DNA of 64,000 bases from Thermoplasmata archaeon. GTDB taxonomy: Archaea > Thermoplasmatota > Thermoplasmata > RBG-16-68-12. The notes beneath the pieces were generated by a model. That model searched no databases and was not told the origin of the DNA. It was given only the letters and a program-made list of their open reading frames with translations. Positions 1 through 7,503 of the stretch are shown piece after piece (the stretch's first letter is position 1; the number at the start of each line of letters is the position of its first letter). The stretch lies in contig DATBLI010000095.1 of assembly GCA_036555455.1 (NCBI GenBank), positions 84,687 through 148,686 on the forward strand. Direction: 5' to 3'. The translations under genes were made by a program, and so were the position numbers.

Positions 1-139
1 TGCGAATCCCCAGGACCTCGATCCCGTGACGCTTGGCCATCTCGCGCAGTTCCTTCGGACGCAGCCTCGTGAGACGATCCTCGAGCCGATGATCCCCGTC
101 GCGGTGGACTTCGGAGCCAGCGTCGCTTCTCTCCACCAT
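1..139 (-). CDS. hypothetical protein, N-terminal 46 codons only (gene runs off the left edge)
   Basis: Reverse-strand ATG at 139..137 opens an uninterrupted frame to position 1: MVERSDAGSEVHRDGDHRLEDRLTRLRPKELREMAKRHGIEVLGIR. 'LRPKELREMAKRHGI' resembles a SAP/HeH helix-extension-helix. Too short to appear in the ORF track. Confidence 0.3.
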   Translation of the reverse strand, partial: MVERSDAGSEVHRDGDHRLEDRLTRLRPKELREMAKRHGIEVLGIR

Positions 140-341
140 GGATAGTGGGTGTGCTATCCGGCCGCGCGACGATAAACGTTGCGGGTTCGCCGGCCTAACG
201 CGCGACGCCTGCGCAGCACGGTCGTCAAGGACGCCACCTAGGCCGCGGCGATCCGTCACGGTCCCCATCCTGTTGCGAATGATCGCCCTCGGGTTCGTCC
301 GGGGCAAAGGGTTTATTGAACGGGGCCGCGATGGAGCATCC

Positions 342-1511
342 GTGTCTCTCCGGGCCGGGCCATCCGTGTTCAAAGACCCCGGGAAACTCTCCTTCGACTA
401 TCTCCCCGAGAAGATGATTCACCGGGAGAGGCAGATGCAGCGTTTGTTCAGCCTCCTCCGGCCCGTCGTGGAAGCAGGGGCCTCGAGCAACGCGTTCCTC
501 TATGGCCCCGTAGGCACGGGGAAGACCCACAGCGCGAAGCGGTTCTGCCTGGATTTCAAGAGATACGCGGAGGAACAGGGCCGGGCGGTGGATTGGGCCA
601 TCGTGAACTGCCGCCAACGGATGGGGGACGACTCGGTCCTCCTCGCTCTCGTCCGGAGGTTCGACCCCCACTTTCCGGAGCGGGGCTTCTCAATCCCGGA
701 GAAGCTGGAGAGTCTGCGACGACACTTGGAGAAGAACCGACTCCACTTCATCGTGATCCTCGATGAGGTCGATGCCCTCCTGAAGAAGAGCGGCGCGGAT
801 CTCATCTACGCCTTCGCTCGGATCGCGGAGGAGAGCGCGGCCGCGAAGGGGAACATCTCCATGCTCCTCATCTCCCAGCGGCCGAACGCCTTGGAGTACA
901 TGGACGCTGCCGCCCTGAGCACGTTCCGTCGTTCGAACGTCGTCGAATTCCCACGGTACGATGGGACGGAACTCCGAGACATCGTGGAGAACCGCGTCGA
1001 GCTGGCGTTCCATCCGGGCACCGTGGAAGCAGAGATCATGGACATGGTCTCGGACGTCGCCTCGGAGTTCGGGGACGCGCGGTATGCGATCGAACTCCTG
1101 GAGAAGGCGGGGATGCTCGCGGACGAGGAGCGCGAGGAGGAGGTCGCCCCGGAGCACGTCCGAGGGGCGAAAGCCCACGTCCATCCGACGGACGTGGAGG
1201 AGAGGCTGGGCCAGCTCGACGTGCCGAAGAAGCTGGTCCTCCTCGCGATCGCGAGGAAGATCCGCAAGAAGGCGAAGATCACGATGGGCGACGCGGAGGA
1301 TACGTACAAGCTCGTCTGCGAGGAGTATGGCCAGAAGGCGCGGGCCCACACCCAGTTCTGGAAGTACGTCGGGGACCTCGACGCCCTCGGCCTCATCGAC
1401 ACGAAACTAAGCGGGGAAGGGGTCGTCGGCAAGACAACCCTCATCTCCCTCCCCGAAATCCCGTCGAAGGTCCTATGTGATAATCTGGAGCGCAGTTTAA
1501 AGAGACGTTGA
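342..1511 (+). CDS. orc1: ORC1-type DNA replication protein (Orc1/Cdc6)
   Basis: Motifs: 'FDYLPEKMIHRERQMQRL', Walker A 'GPVGTGKTH', Walker B 'IVILDEVD', C-terminal winged-helix region. The ORF track starts at 138. I prefer the in-frame GTG at 342 because a TATA-like 'GTTTATTGAA' (311..320) is centred about 27 nt upstream, and this gives a typical 389-aa protein. An alternative ATG lies at 279. Confidence 0.9.
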   Translation: MSLRAGPSVFKDPGKLSFDYLPEKMIHRERQMQRLFSLLRPVVEAGASSNAFLYGPVGTGKTHSAKRFCLDFKRYAEEQGRAVDWAIVNCRQRMGDDSVLLALVRRFDPHFPERGFSIPEKLESLRRHLEKNRLHFIVILDEVDALLKKSGADLIYAFARIAEESAAAKGNISMLLISQRPNALEYMDAAALSTFRRSNVVEFPRYDGTELRDIVENRVELAFHPGTVEAEIMDMVSDVASEFGDARYAIELLEKAGMLADEEREEEVAPEHVRGAKAHVHPTDVEERLGQLDVPKKLVLLAIARKIRKKAKITMGDAEDTYKLVCEEYGQKARAHTQFWKYVGDLDALGLIDTKLSGEGVVGKTTLISLPEIPSKVLCDNLERSLKRR

Positions 1512-1528
1512 CCGATTTTCGGAGGATT

Positions 1529-2116
1529 ATGGGATGGGTGCACGCTCACGAAGGAGTTGTGGGTTCAGAGGTCGGATCGCTGAGATCTGGGATGTCCATG
1601 GACATCGATAGAGGGGCCTGCTACCTCGTCAAGGAGAAGAAGCCCGAGGTCAGCTATCGCCTCTTCGAAGTCTTGCTCGAACAGAAGCAACCCGGACTCA
1701 TCATCACCCGGCAGTACCCGGAGCGGGTACGAAGGGAGCATGGATTCGCGGGGATCCGAATCGTCTGGCTCAGCCACACCCCGGGGGAGGACTTCCAGAG
1801 CCCCGCGGCCCTCGGCGCCCTGTCCAAGGTGATCGAGCGCTTCGTCGAGGAGAACAACGGCGAGGGCGTGATCCTTCTCGACGGGCTCGAGTTCCTCATC
1901 GTGAACAACGGTTTCTTGCAGACCCTGATGTTCGTTGAACACGTGAACGAGTTCATCATGCAGCGACAGGCGATCGTCCTCCTTCCCGTGAGCCCGGAGA
2001 CCCTCGAGGAGAAGGAACTCGCCCTCCTCGAACGGAACATCAGGGTCCTCGAGTCGCCGCAGCTCAAGACAGACCTCGAGGCGCGCGAGGTCAGCCGGCT
2101 CCTTGACACGTACTGA
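1529..2116 (+). CDS. DUF835-family protein (copy 1)
   Basis: 'GACYLVKEKKPEVSYRLFEVLL..GLIITRQYPERVRREHG..IVWLS..VILLDGLEFLIVNNGF..LMFVEHVNEFI' matches my memory of Pfam DUF835. It is a paralog of the next gene. The stop is firm. The start is uncertain: TTG 1508 overlaps the orc1 stop, and ATG 1529, GTG 1559 and ATG 1592 are also possible. Confidence 0.75.
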   Translation: MGWVHAHEGVVGSEVGSLRSGMSMDIDRGACYLVKEKKPEVSYRLFEVLLEQKQPGLIITRQYPERVRREHGFAGIRIVWLSHTPGEDFQSPAALGALSKVIERFVEENNGEGVILLDGLEFLIVNNGFLQTLMFVEHVNEFIMQRQAIVLLPVSPETLEEKELALLERNIRVLESPQLKTDLEAREVSRLLDTY

Positions 2117-2259
2117 TCCGCCTACCACGTTCCGTGAGCCCCGCGGGGCACGCTCCCGATGATGACCTCGGGCGACCGCTCCTCGGCCGCCCCGATTTGA
2201 TAATTGCGCCCGAAGGCTGAAATGGTCACGTCGGCCAGATTATAGGGATAGGCTTTCGA

Positions 2260-2823
2260 ATGCCCGAGGCCTCCGAAAGTGCGCATGGCGACCTGGAGGA
2301 ACCCTACCACCTCGACCCCGGCACGTGCTACCTCATCAAGGGCAAGGCGTCGGATACGAGCTACCGCCTCCTGGAACACCTCGTGAGCCAAGGGAGCCCC
2401 GGCCTCTGCCTCACGCGTATCTATCCGGAGAAGGTGCAGGCGCGGCACCGCCTCCCGTCCGTCGTCCTCGGGTGGATCTCCCACAGCCCCGGAGACAGCT
2501 GCTACGATCCCACGGCGATCGGAACGATCGCGAAGACGATCGAGGAGTTCATCGATAACCACCCACAGGGGTGCTTCATCCTGCTCGACGGGATCGAGTT
2601 CATCACGAACAACCTCGGATTCATGAAAACCCTGTTCTTCGTCGAACACGTGAACGAGTACGTGATGCCTCGCCAGGCGATCGTCCTCGTGCCCGTGGAC
2701 CCCGACTGCTTCGAGCCCTTGGACTTCGCTCGCCTCGATCGGTTCCTCGAGAGCGTCGACGAAGCGGACGTGCGGAAGGCCCTCGACGTCTACGCGCTGA
2801 ACCGCCGGCTCCTGGACCGCTAA
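2260..2823 (+). CDS. DUF835-family protein (copy 2)
   Basis: 'GTCYLIKGKASDTSYRLLEHLV..GLCLTRIYPEKVQARH..LGWIS..FILLDGIEFITNNLGF..LFFVEHVNEYV' is colinear with copy 1. Its 3' end overlaps the convergent recJ stop by 4 nt. Confidence 0.8.
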   Translation: MPEASESAHGDLEEPYHLDPGTCYLIKGKASDTSYRLLEHLVSQGSPGLCLTRIYPEKVQARHRLPSVVLGWISHSPGDSCYDPTAIGTIAKTIEEFIDNHPQGCFILLDGIEFITNNLGFMKTLFFVEHVNEYVMPRQAIVLVPVDPDCFEPLDFARLDRFLESVDEADVRKALDVYALNRRLLDR

Positions 2824-4181
2824 TCGGCCTTGGGACCGGCCTGACGGCCGACGATCTCGTCCACGAGGGTGAGGAACTTCTCCTCCTTGCCCTTCGGGAT
2901 CGTCGCACCCGAGGCGATGTTGTGACCGCCGCCGCTCCCTTCGAGGACGTCCGCGGCCTCCCGGAGCGCGACGGCGAGATCGATCCCGCGGGCCATCTGG
3001 GCCCGGGTGCCCCGGGCCGATACCTTCGTCTGCCCATCCATCACGCTCAGGCCGAGGACCGGCCTCGCCTGGTCGAAATAGAACTGGATCCCTGCGCCCG
3101 CGACGGATCCGGCGAGGCTCGGTTCCTCGCAATAGAAGAACTGGACGTTCTTCTTCGCAAAGAGGCCATCCGTCTCGAGAGCCTGGAGGTACCCGAGGAC
3201 ATGCTCCGTATACCGGTCGAGGAGGACCTCCGCCTTCTGCAGGGCCTCGCGGTCTCCGAGGCCGACGGCCATCCCGAGGCCCATTTGCTCGAGACGGTCG
3301 CAGCTGTTCATGTAGGCCTCGAGCTCCTGGGCGTACATCCCCTCCGGCTCGATCCAATAGGCATCCTCGACGAGGGCGTCGAGGGCCTCGGGGGCGGCGC
3401 CTTGCTCGACGAGCCTCGTCGCCAGGACGGAGGCTAGGCGACGCCGCTGGGCCGGGTCCATCTCCCGGGTCGTGGTCTGAGGATCGACGCCCGCAGATCG
3501 AAGGAAGCCTTCGGCGGCCTCGGGTCGCCCGCCGAGGCCCTTGAAGTACGGTGAGATCGAAAGGGACAGTGCCTGTCCTACAGGGCGGCCCCGGAGGGCG
3601 AGCCGTCTCTCGGGGACGAGGACGTGTCGGTCCACGGCCTCCGAGAACATCGCGGCGTTCGGTCCTGTGAAGCCGCCGACGTCCTGCTTGTCGCCAATCG
3701 CCCCCGCGGCGGCGAGCCCGGCGAGATCCCAGTTCGCCTCGTCGAAGAGGAGGGTGAAGAGCCAGGATGTCGTGGCGCCGCACATCTCCCGCGCCCCGTC
3801 GATCCCGAAGAGATGGGGGTTCACATGCATGATGCGATCCGTGTCCCGCGGCGGCTTGTGGTGGTCTAGGACGATGACGGGGAAGGGCATGACCTCGAGG
3901 AGATCGAGTTGCCCCGAGCCCATGTCGCTCACGATGAGGAGCTCGTTCGGCTCGTTCCGCACGCGGTCCGCGGTCTCCCGATCGAGGGCGTGGGCCATCG
4001 TCGCGTGGATGCGCTTTCCCCGACGCATCAGGGCACGCGCCAGGATGGCCGCGGAGGCCGTGCCATCCGGGTCGTAATGGCAGAGCAGGCGGACGCGGGA
4101 CACGCTCTCAAGGAGGTTCGTGGCCCGATGGGCCCGCTCGAGCAGGCCCGGAGGCGCCAGGTCTTCCAGGCGCTTGGCCAT
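2820..4181 (-). CDS. recJ: RecJ/Cdc45-family DHH phosphoesterase (archaeal RecJ/GAN-like nuclease)
   Basis: DHH motifs 'CHYDPDGTAS', 'LIVSDMGSG', 'VIVLDHHKP'. DHHA1 motif 'GGGHNIASGA'. Confidence 0.85.
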   Translation of the reverse strand: MAKRLEDLAPPGLLERAHRATNLLESVSRVRLLCHYDPDGTASAAILARALMRRGKRIHATMAHALDRETADRVRNEPNELLIVSDMGSGQLDLLEVMPFPVIVLDHHKPPRDTDRIMHVNPHLFGIDGAREMCGATTSWLFTLLFDEANWDLAGLAAAGAIGDKQDVGGFTGPNAAMFSEAVDRHVLVPERRLALRGRPVGQALSLSISPYFKGLGGRPEAAEGFLRSAGVDPQTTTREMDPAQRRRLASVLATRLVEQGAAPEALDALVEDAYWIEPEGMYAQELEAYMNSCDRLEQMGLGMAVGLGDREALQKAEVLLDRYTEHVLGYLQALETDGLFAKKNVQFFYCEEPSLAGSVAGAGIQFYFDQARPVLGLSVMDGQTKVSARGTRAQMARGIDLAVALREAADVLEGSGGGHNIASGATIPKGKEEKFLTLVDEIVGRQAGPKAD

Positions 4182-4188
4182 GAACCAC

Positions 4189-4644
4189 CTACTTCACTTG
4201 GAGCTCCGCGAGCCTGATCGAGTAGTCCCAGTCGGCGGGCAGGACGCCTCGCTCCTTGTAGTAGTGGGAGAGCCGGCGGATCTTGGATTCGATGAGCTGG
4301 AGGCCACGCTTGTTGCTCAGGTCCTTCGCATGGTCCTTGAGGTGGGCCTGGAGGGACACGGCACGCTTGATGAGGCTCGAGAGGTCTTCAGGCAGGGCCG
4401 ACTTCACGCCCTTCGCCTTGAGAATCTGGGCGATGCTCTTGCCCGTGGCCAGCCTCACGTTCGGCACGCCGTAGCCGTCCCGGAGGCGCACGCCGATCGC
4501 GGCCGACGAGAGCCCTTCCTGGTGGAGGCGGAGGATCTGGTCCTCGATCTCGCCCTTCTCCATCGCGACCCACTCCGGGTTCGTCTTGAGGAAGGGGCGC
4601 GTGGATCCGCTCTTCCCCTTGCGTCTCGCATGGAGGCGTGCCAT
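4189..4644 (-). CDS. rps15: 30S ribosomal protein S15 (uS15)
   Basis: 'MARLHARRKGKSGSTRP...GLSSAAIGVRLRDGYGVPNV...LQLIESKIRRLSHYY' is typical of archaeal S15P/S13e. Confidence 0.92.
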   Translation of the reverse strand: MARLHARRKGKSGSTRPFLKTNPEWVAMEKGEIEDQILRLHQEGLSSAAIGVRLRDGYGVPNVRLATGKSIAQILKAKGVKSALPEDLSSLIKRAVSLQAHLKDHAKDLSNKRGLQLIESKIRRLSHYYKERGVLPADWDYSIRLAELQVK

Positions 4645-4695
4645 GATCGTCCCTGGTAGGGGCGCCTCATACCGCGCCCGTCTATTTAAGATTGA

Positions 4696-5379
4696 TTAGG
4701 CTCCGCGACGCGCGACCACTGCGGCATGGTCTCTCTCGAAAGGGTCGAGGGCACGGACGTCGAGGACCTCGAGATCGCGATTGGACAGCTCCCGCTGAAT
4801 CCGGGCGTACACGTCGATGGGCTTCGCGGACACGTCCACGGATCGCGCCTTGACGATGAGGAAACCGATCCCGCCGCGGCGGAGGAACTCGACGTTCTTC
4901 AGGAAGATTCCTTCTTGGTCTCGCTGGGCCACATCCTGGTAGAGCACGTCCACGGGGGCCACATGCGCGCGGTACGAGGCGGGTTGGGAGGCGTCCCCGA
5001 GGATCGGGACCACGTTGGGCCGTCTCCCGGCCACCGCGATCAGATCCCGGAAAACGCGCGGCGAAATCTCGACCGCGACGATCGCGCCCTCCGCGCAGAT
5101 ATCGGAAAGATGGCTCACGGTCGTTCCGCTCCCCGCCCCAAGGTAGAGGACCGAGGACGTCGCATCGAAGGGCCAGACCCGTCCGCCTTTCTTCAGGTAC
5201 GCCGCGAGTTTGCTCCGGTCCGCGTCCCACCGGCGGTACTCAACGCCGCCCTCCCTTGAGAGCCTCTCGCCGTAGACGGACACGCCGGGGACAAGGTTCC
5301 GCGTGTGGAGCCACGACCCGTCGGTGAAGACGCCCGCGTGCTCCGTTCGCCGGAGGGACACGGTCGCCCAATGGGGCAT
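4696..5379 (-). CDS. flpA: fibrillarin-like rRNA/tRNA 2'-O-methyltransferase
   Basis: 'VYGERL...YRRWDADRSKLAA', SAM motif 'VLYLGAGSGTTVSHLSDI', 'DVLYQDVAQRDQ'. The start is set at the internal ATG (5379..5377). The 5' extension in the ORF track is Arg-rich shadow sequence. Confidence 0.9.
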   Translation of the reverse strand: MPHWATVSLRRTEHAGVFTDGSWLHTRNLVPGVSVYGERLSREGGVEYRRWDADRSKLAAYLKKGGRVWPFDATSSVLYLGAGSGTTVSHLSDICAEGAIVAVEISPRVFRDLIAVAGRRPNVVPILGDASQPASYRAHVAPVDVLYQDVAQRDQEGIFLKNVEFLRRGGIGFLIVKARSVDVSAKPIDVYARIQRELSNRDLEVLDVRALDPFERDHAAVVARRGA

Positions 5380-5404
5380 GCTGGCTTGAGAATTGCGCGG
5401 GCCC

Positions 5405-6604
5405 TCAGCCCTTACGGGCCCTTCGATTCCTCGCCTTCGCCGGCCTCGGAGTCGCTGCCTTCCTAGACCGCTTCGGTGGACCTCTCCGAGAGCCGCGACG
5501 TCCCTTTCGTTTCGTCCCTCGACCTCCCTTCGCCGAGGTTCGCTTCGGCTTCCGCCGGACAATCGCCCGAGCACGTTGTTTCCTCGACTTCCGCGGCTCA
5601 AGGCGCTTGCGACCCGCGAGGGCCTCGGGATCCCGCGGCCTCAGCCGCAGGACGCGATGGTACGTTTCGAGGGCCGCGGCATGCTCCTGGGCCGCCTCTT
5701 GGGCGCCGGCGAGGTTGAGGAGAATCTGGGGCGTTTCTGCGCGTCTCGCGGCCCTTTCGAGATTCACGACGGCGGACTTCACCTGGCCTCCCCGCAGGTA
5801 AGCCACGCCGAGGTCCGCGAGGGCCGTGGCCTGCGCAGGATCGGCCTCGAGGGCCTCCCGGAACGCTCCGATCGCTTCCCGGCGCTCCCCGTGGAGGAGC
5901 AAGGCGACCCCACGGTTCACCCAGGCGTCCACATCCCGAGGACTCGAGCGGACGGCCTCGTGGAAGGCTTTGGCGGCGGCTTCCGCACGGCCTCCCTTCA
6001 GAAGCAGGATCCCAAGTCCCCGCCAGAGTTCTCCCAGTTGGGGATGGGCTTCGAAAGCGTTCCGCAGGACGGACGCCGCCTCATCGGTCCACCCACCGCG
6101 GGCGAGGAATCCCGCCTTCAACAGGAGGCCTCGGAAGTTCCCGGGCCTCGCGACGAGGAAGGCGTCGCAAGCGCGAATCGCGCCATCGAAGTCGCCTCCC
6201 GCAGCGAGAGCCTCCGCGCGATGGAGAAACGCGACGGCGTCGTCCATCTGAACCGCGCGGTCGAAAGACTTGACCGCTTCCTCGAGCTCCCCGGCGTGCA
6301 GCTGCGCTCGCCCGAGGCCGATCCACGGGGCGGGGGCGTCCAACTCGATGGCGGACTCCCACAGCCGAATCGCCGGATCCGTGAATCCCAGGCTATTGAG
6401 GAGTGCCGCCTGGGTTCGGGTGCTGGGCTTCCAAGCCTGGGGCCGGGAGTGACGGTGAACGAACTCGAGGACGCGCGAGCGGACGACGTCGCTGCGGCCC
6501 TTCCCATTGAGCCCGAGGGATTCGCACATCCCTTTCAGGGTCGGCCAATCCGCGTGCTCGACCTCCGCGACGGAGGGGAGGCTCACCGCGTCACCTCCCG
6601 GCAT
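5405..6604 (-). CDS. TPR-repeat protein with N-terminal SAP/HeH-like motif and hyper-basic C-terminal tail
   Basis: N-terminus 'WPTLKGMCESLGLNGKGRSDVVRSRVLEFV'. Multiple 34-aa TPR-like units (e.g. 'AEALAAGGDFDGAIRACDAFLVARPGN'). The last ~65 aa are mostly K/R ('RKSRKQRARAIVRRKPKRTSAKGGRGTKRKGRRGSRRGPPKRSRK'). Start ATG at 6604..6602. Confidence 0.75.
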   Translation of the reverse strand: MPGGDAVSLPSVAEVEHADWPTLKGMCESLGLNGKGRSDVVRSRVLEFVHRHSRPQAWKPSTRTQAALLNSLGFTDPAIRLWESAIELDAPAPWIGLGRAQLHAGELEEAVKSFDRAVQMDDAVAFLHRAEALAAGGDFDGAIRACDAFLVARPGNFRGLLLKAGFLARGGWTDEAASVLRNAFEAHPQLGELWRGLGILLLKGGRAEAAAKAFHEAVRSSPRDVDAWVNRGVALLLHGERREAIGAFREALEADPAQATALADLGVAYLRGGQVKSAVVNLERAARRAETPQILLNLAGAQEAAQEHAAALETYHRVLRLRPRDPEALAGRKRLEPRKSRKQRARAIVRRKPKRTSAKGGRGTKRKGRRGSRRGPPKRSRKAATPRPAKARNRRARKG

Positions 6605-7503
6605 CGCGGCACGATTTCGCACTCCGCGCACCCCGGATCGCCGTCGAGGTGGGTTCCGAAGCATTCGTACACGCCGCGGTAGAAATCGACCTTCTCCCGG
6701 AGAGCCCGCGCCTTCCGCAGTGCCCTCCTTGCCTCCTTCGCGTTCGCACCAAGGGCAAGGGCCTTCTCGAACGAGGTGATCGCTAGGGTCGCTTCCAGGA
6801 GGGCCAGGTGGGCGAGGCCCTTCACGTACCACAGCCAGCCGGCGTCCTTGATCCGAAGGGCGCGATTCGCCCAGAGGACCGTCTCGCCGTGGCGTCCCCG
6901 CTTCTGGCTCACGAACGCACGGTTCACCATCGCATCGAAGAAGTCCGGGTGGAAGTGAAGGGCTTCCTCGAAGCAGCGGGTCGCCTCGCCCTCGCGGCCG
7001 AGGCGCAGGAGGGCCGCGCCCTTGTTGTTCCATGCCGCCGCGCTTTCCGGGCGGAAGGAGAGGACTTCGTCATAGCAGGCGATGGCCGCGTCGAAGTCCC
7101 CGAGAGAGTGAAACGCCGCGCCCTTGTTGATCCACGCTTCCGCGAGGCGCGGACGGAGCTTGAGCAGCTCGTCGTAGGCCTCGATTTCCTCCTTGTGCCG
7201 GGACAGGTCGTGGAGGATCCCGGCGAGGCCCATCCAGCCCTCCTCCGACTCGCGATTGGACTTGAGGGCTTGGGCGAAGCTCTGGAGTGCACCGTCGTGG
7301 TCGCCCAACCGCCGCAGGGCCGTGCCGCGGAGGATCCATGCCGCATCGTACTCCGGCTTGAGCCGCAGGGCCGCGTTGAACTCTCGGAGGGCATCGTCGA
7401 AGCGGCCCGCGTCGAGGGCCCGCTTCCCGTTGTGGATCGCAGTCTCAAGGTGGTCCACACTGGGGAGGAATCGCCCCTTCTCCGGAGCCACAGGGGCGCT
7501 CAC
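6583..7503 (-). CDS. TPR-repeat protein
   Basis: Repeated 'A..F..AL.L.P....AW...G.AL..LG' units. Cys-rich C-terminus 'ECFGTHLDGDPGCAECEIVPRC'. I prefer the GTG at 7503..7501, which forms a GTGA overlap with the upstream stop. The ORF track gives a longer start at 7548. Confidence 0.75.
   Translation of the reverse strand: MSAPVAPEKGRFLPSVDHLETAIHNGKRALDAGRFDDALREFNAALRLKPEYDAAWILRGTALRRLGDHDGALQSFAQALKSNRESEEGWMGLAGILHDLSRHKEEIEAYDELLKLRPRLAEAWINKGAAFHSLGDFDAAIACYDEVLSFRPESAAAWNNKGAALLRLGREGEATRCFEEALHFHPDFFDAMVNRAFVSQKRGRHGETVLWANRALRIKDAGWLWYVKGLAHLALLEATLAITSFEKALALGANAKEARRALRKARALREKVDFYRGVYECFGTHLDGDPGCAECEIVPRCREVTR

Noticed and set aside
139-341. Possible replication origin (ORB/mini-ORB repeats plus an AT-rich unwinding element) next to orc1
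   Set aside because: The ~200-nt gap between the divergent partial gene and orc1 is GC-rich. I see no AT-rich stretch and no repeated ORB-like element by eye. An origin may lie off-window to the left. A systematic repeat or skew analysis is needed.
2239-2245. 'ATTATAG' as the TATA box for a leaderless DUF835 copy 2
   Set aside because: It is centred only about 18 nt from the ATG at 2260, too close for the 26-31-nt spacing seen elsewhere. The promoter or start assignment remains unresolved.
2122-3783. Long 553-aa reverse ORF. Similar long overlapping ORFs occur at 5393..6682, 7524..9881, 20896..22485, 24082..25605, 31568..33586, 33133..35046, 35589..36641, 54513..56669, and in the 5' parts of 23141..25228, 29631..31616 and 60253..62472.
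   Set aside because: These are shadow ORFs typical of high-GC DNA. Their translations are Arg/Pro/Gly-rich low-complexity sequence with no motifs. They overlap genes on another frame or strand that have clear family signatures.
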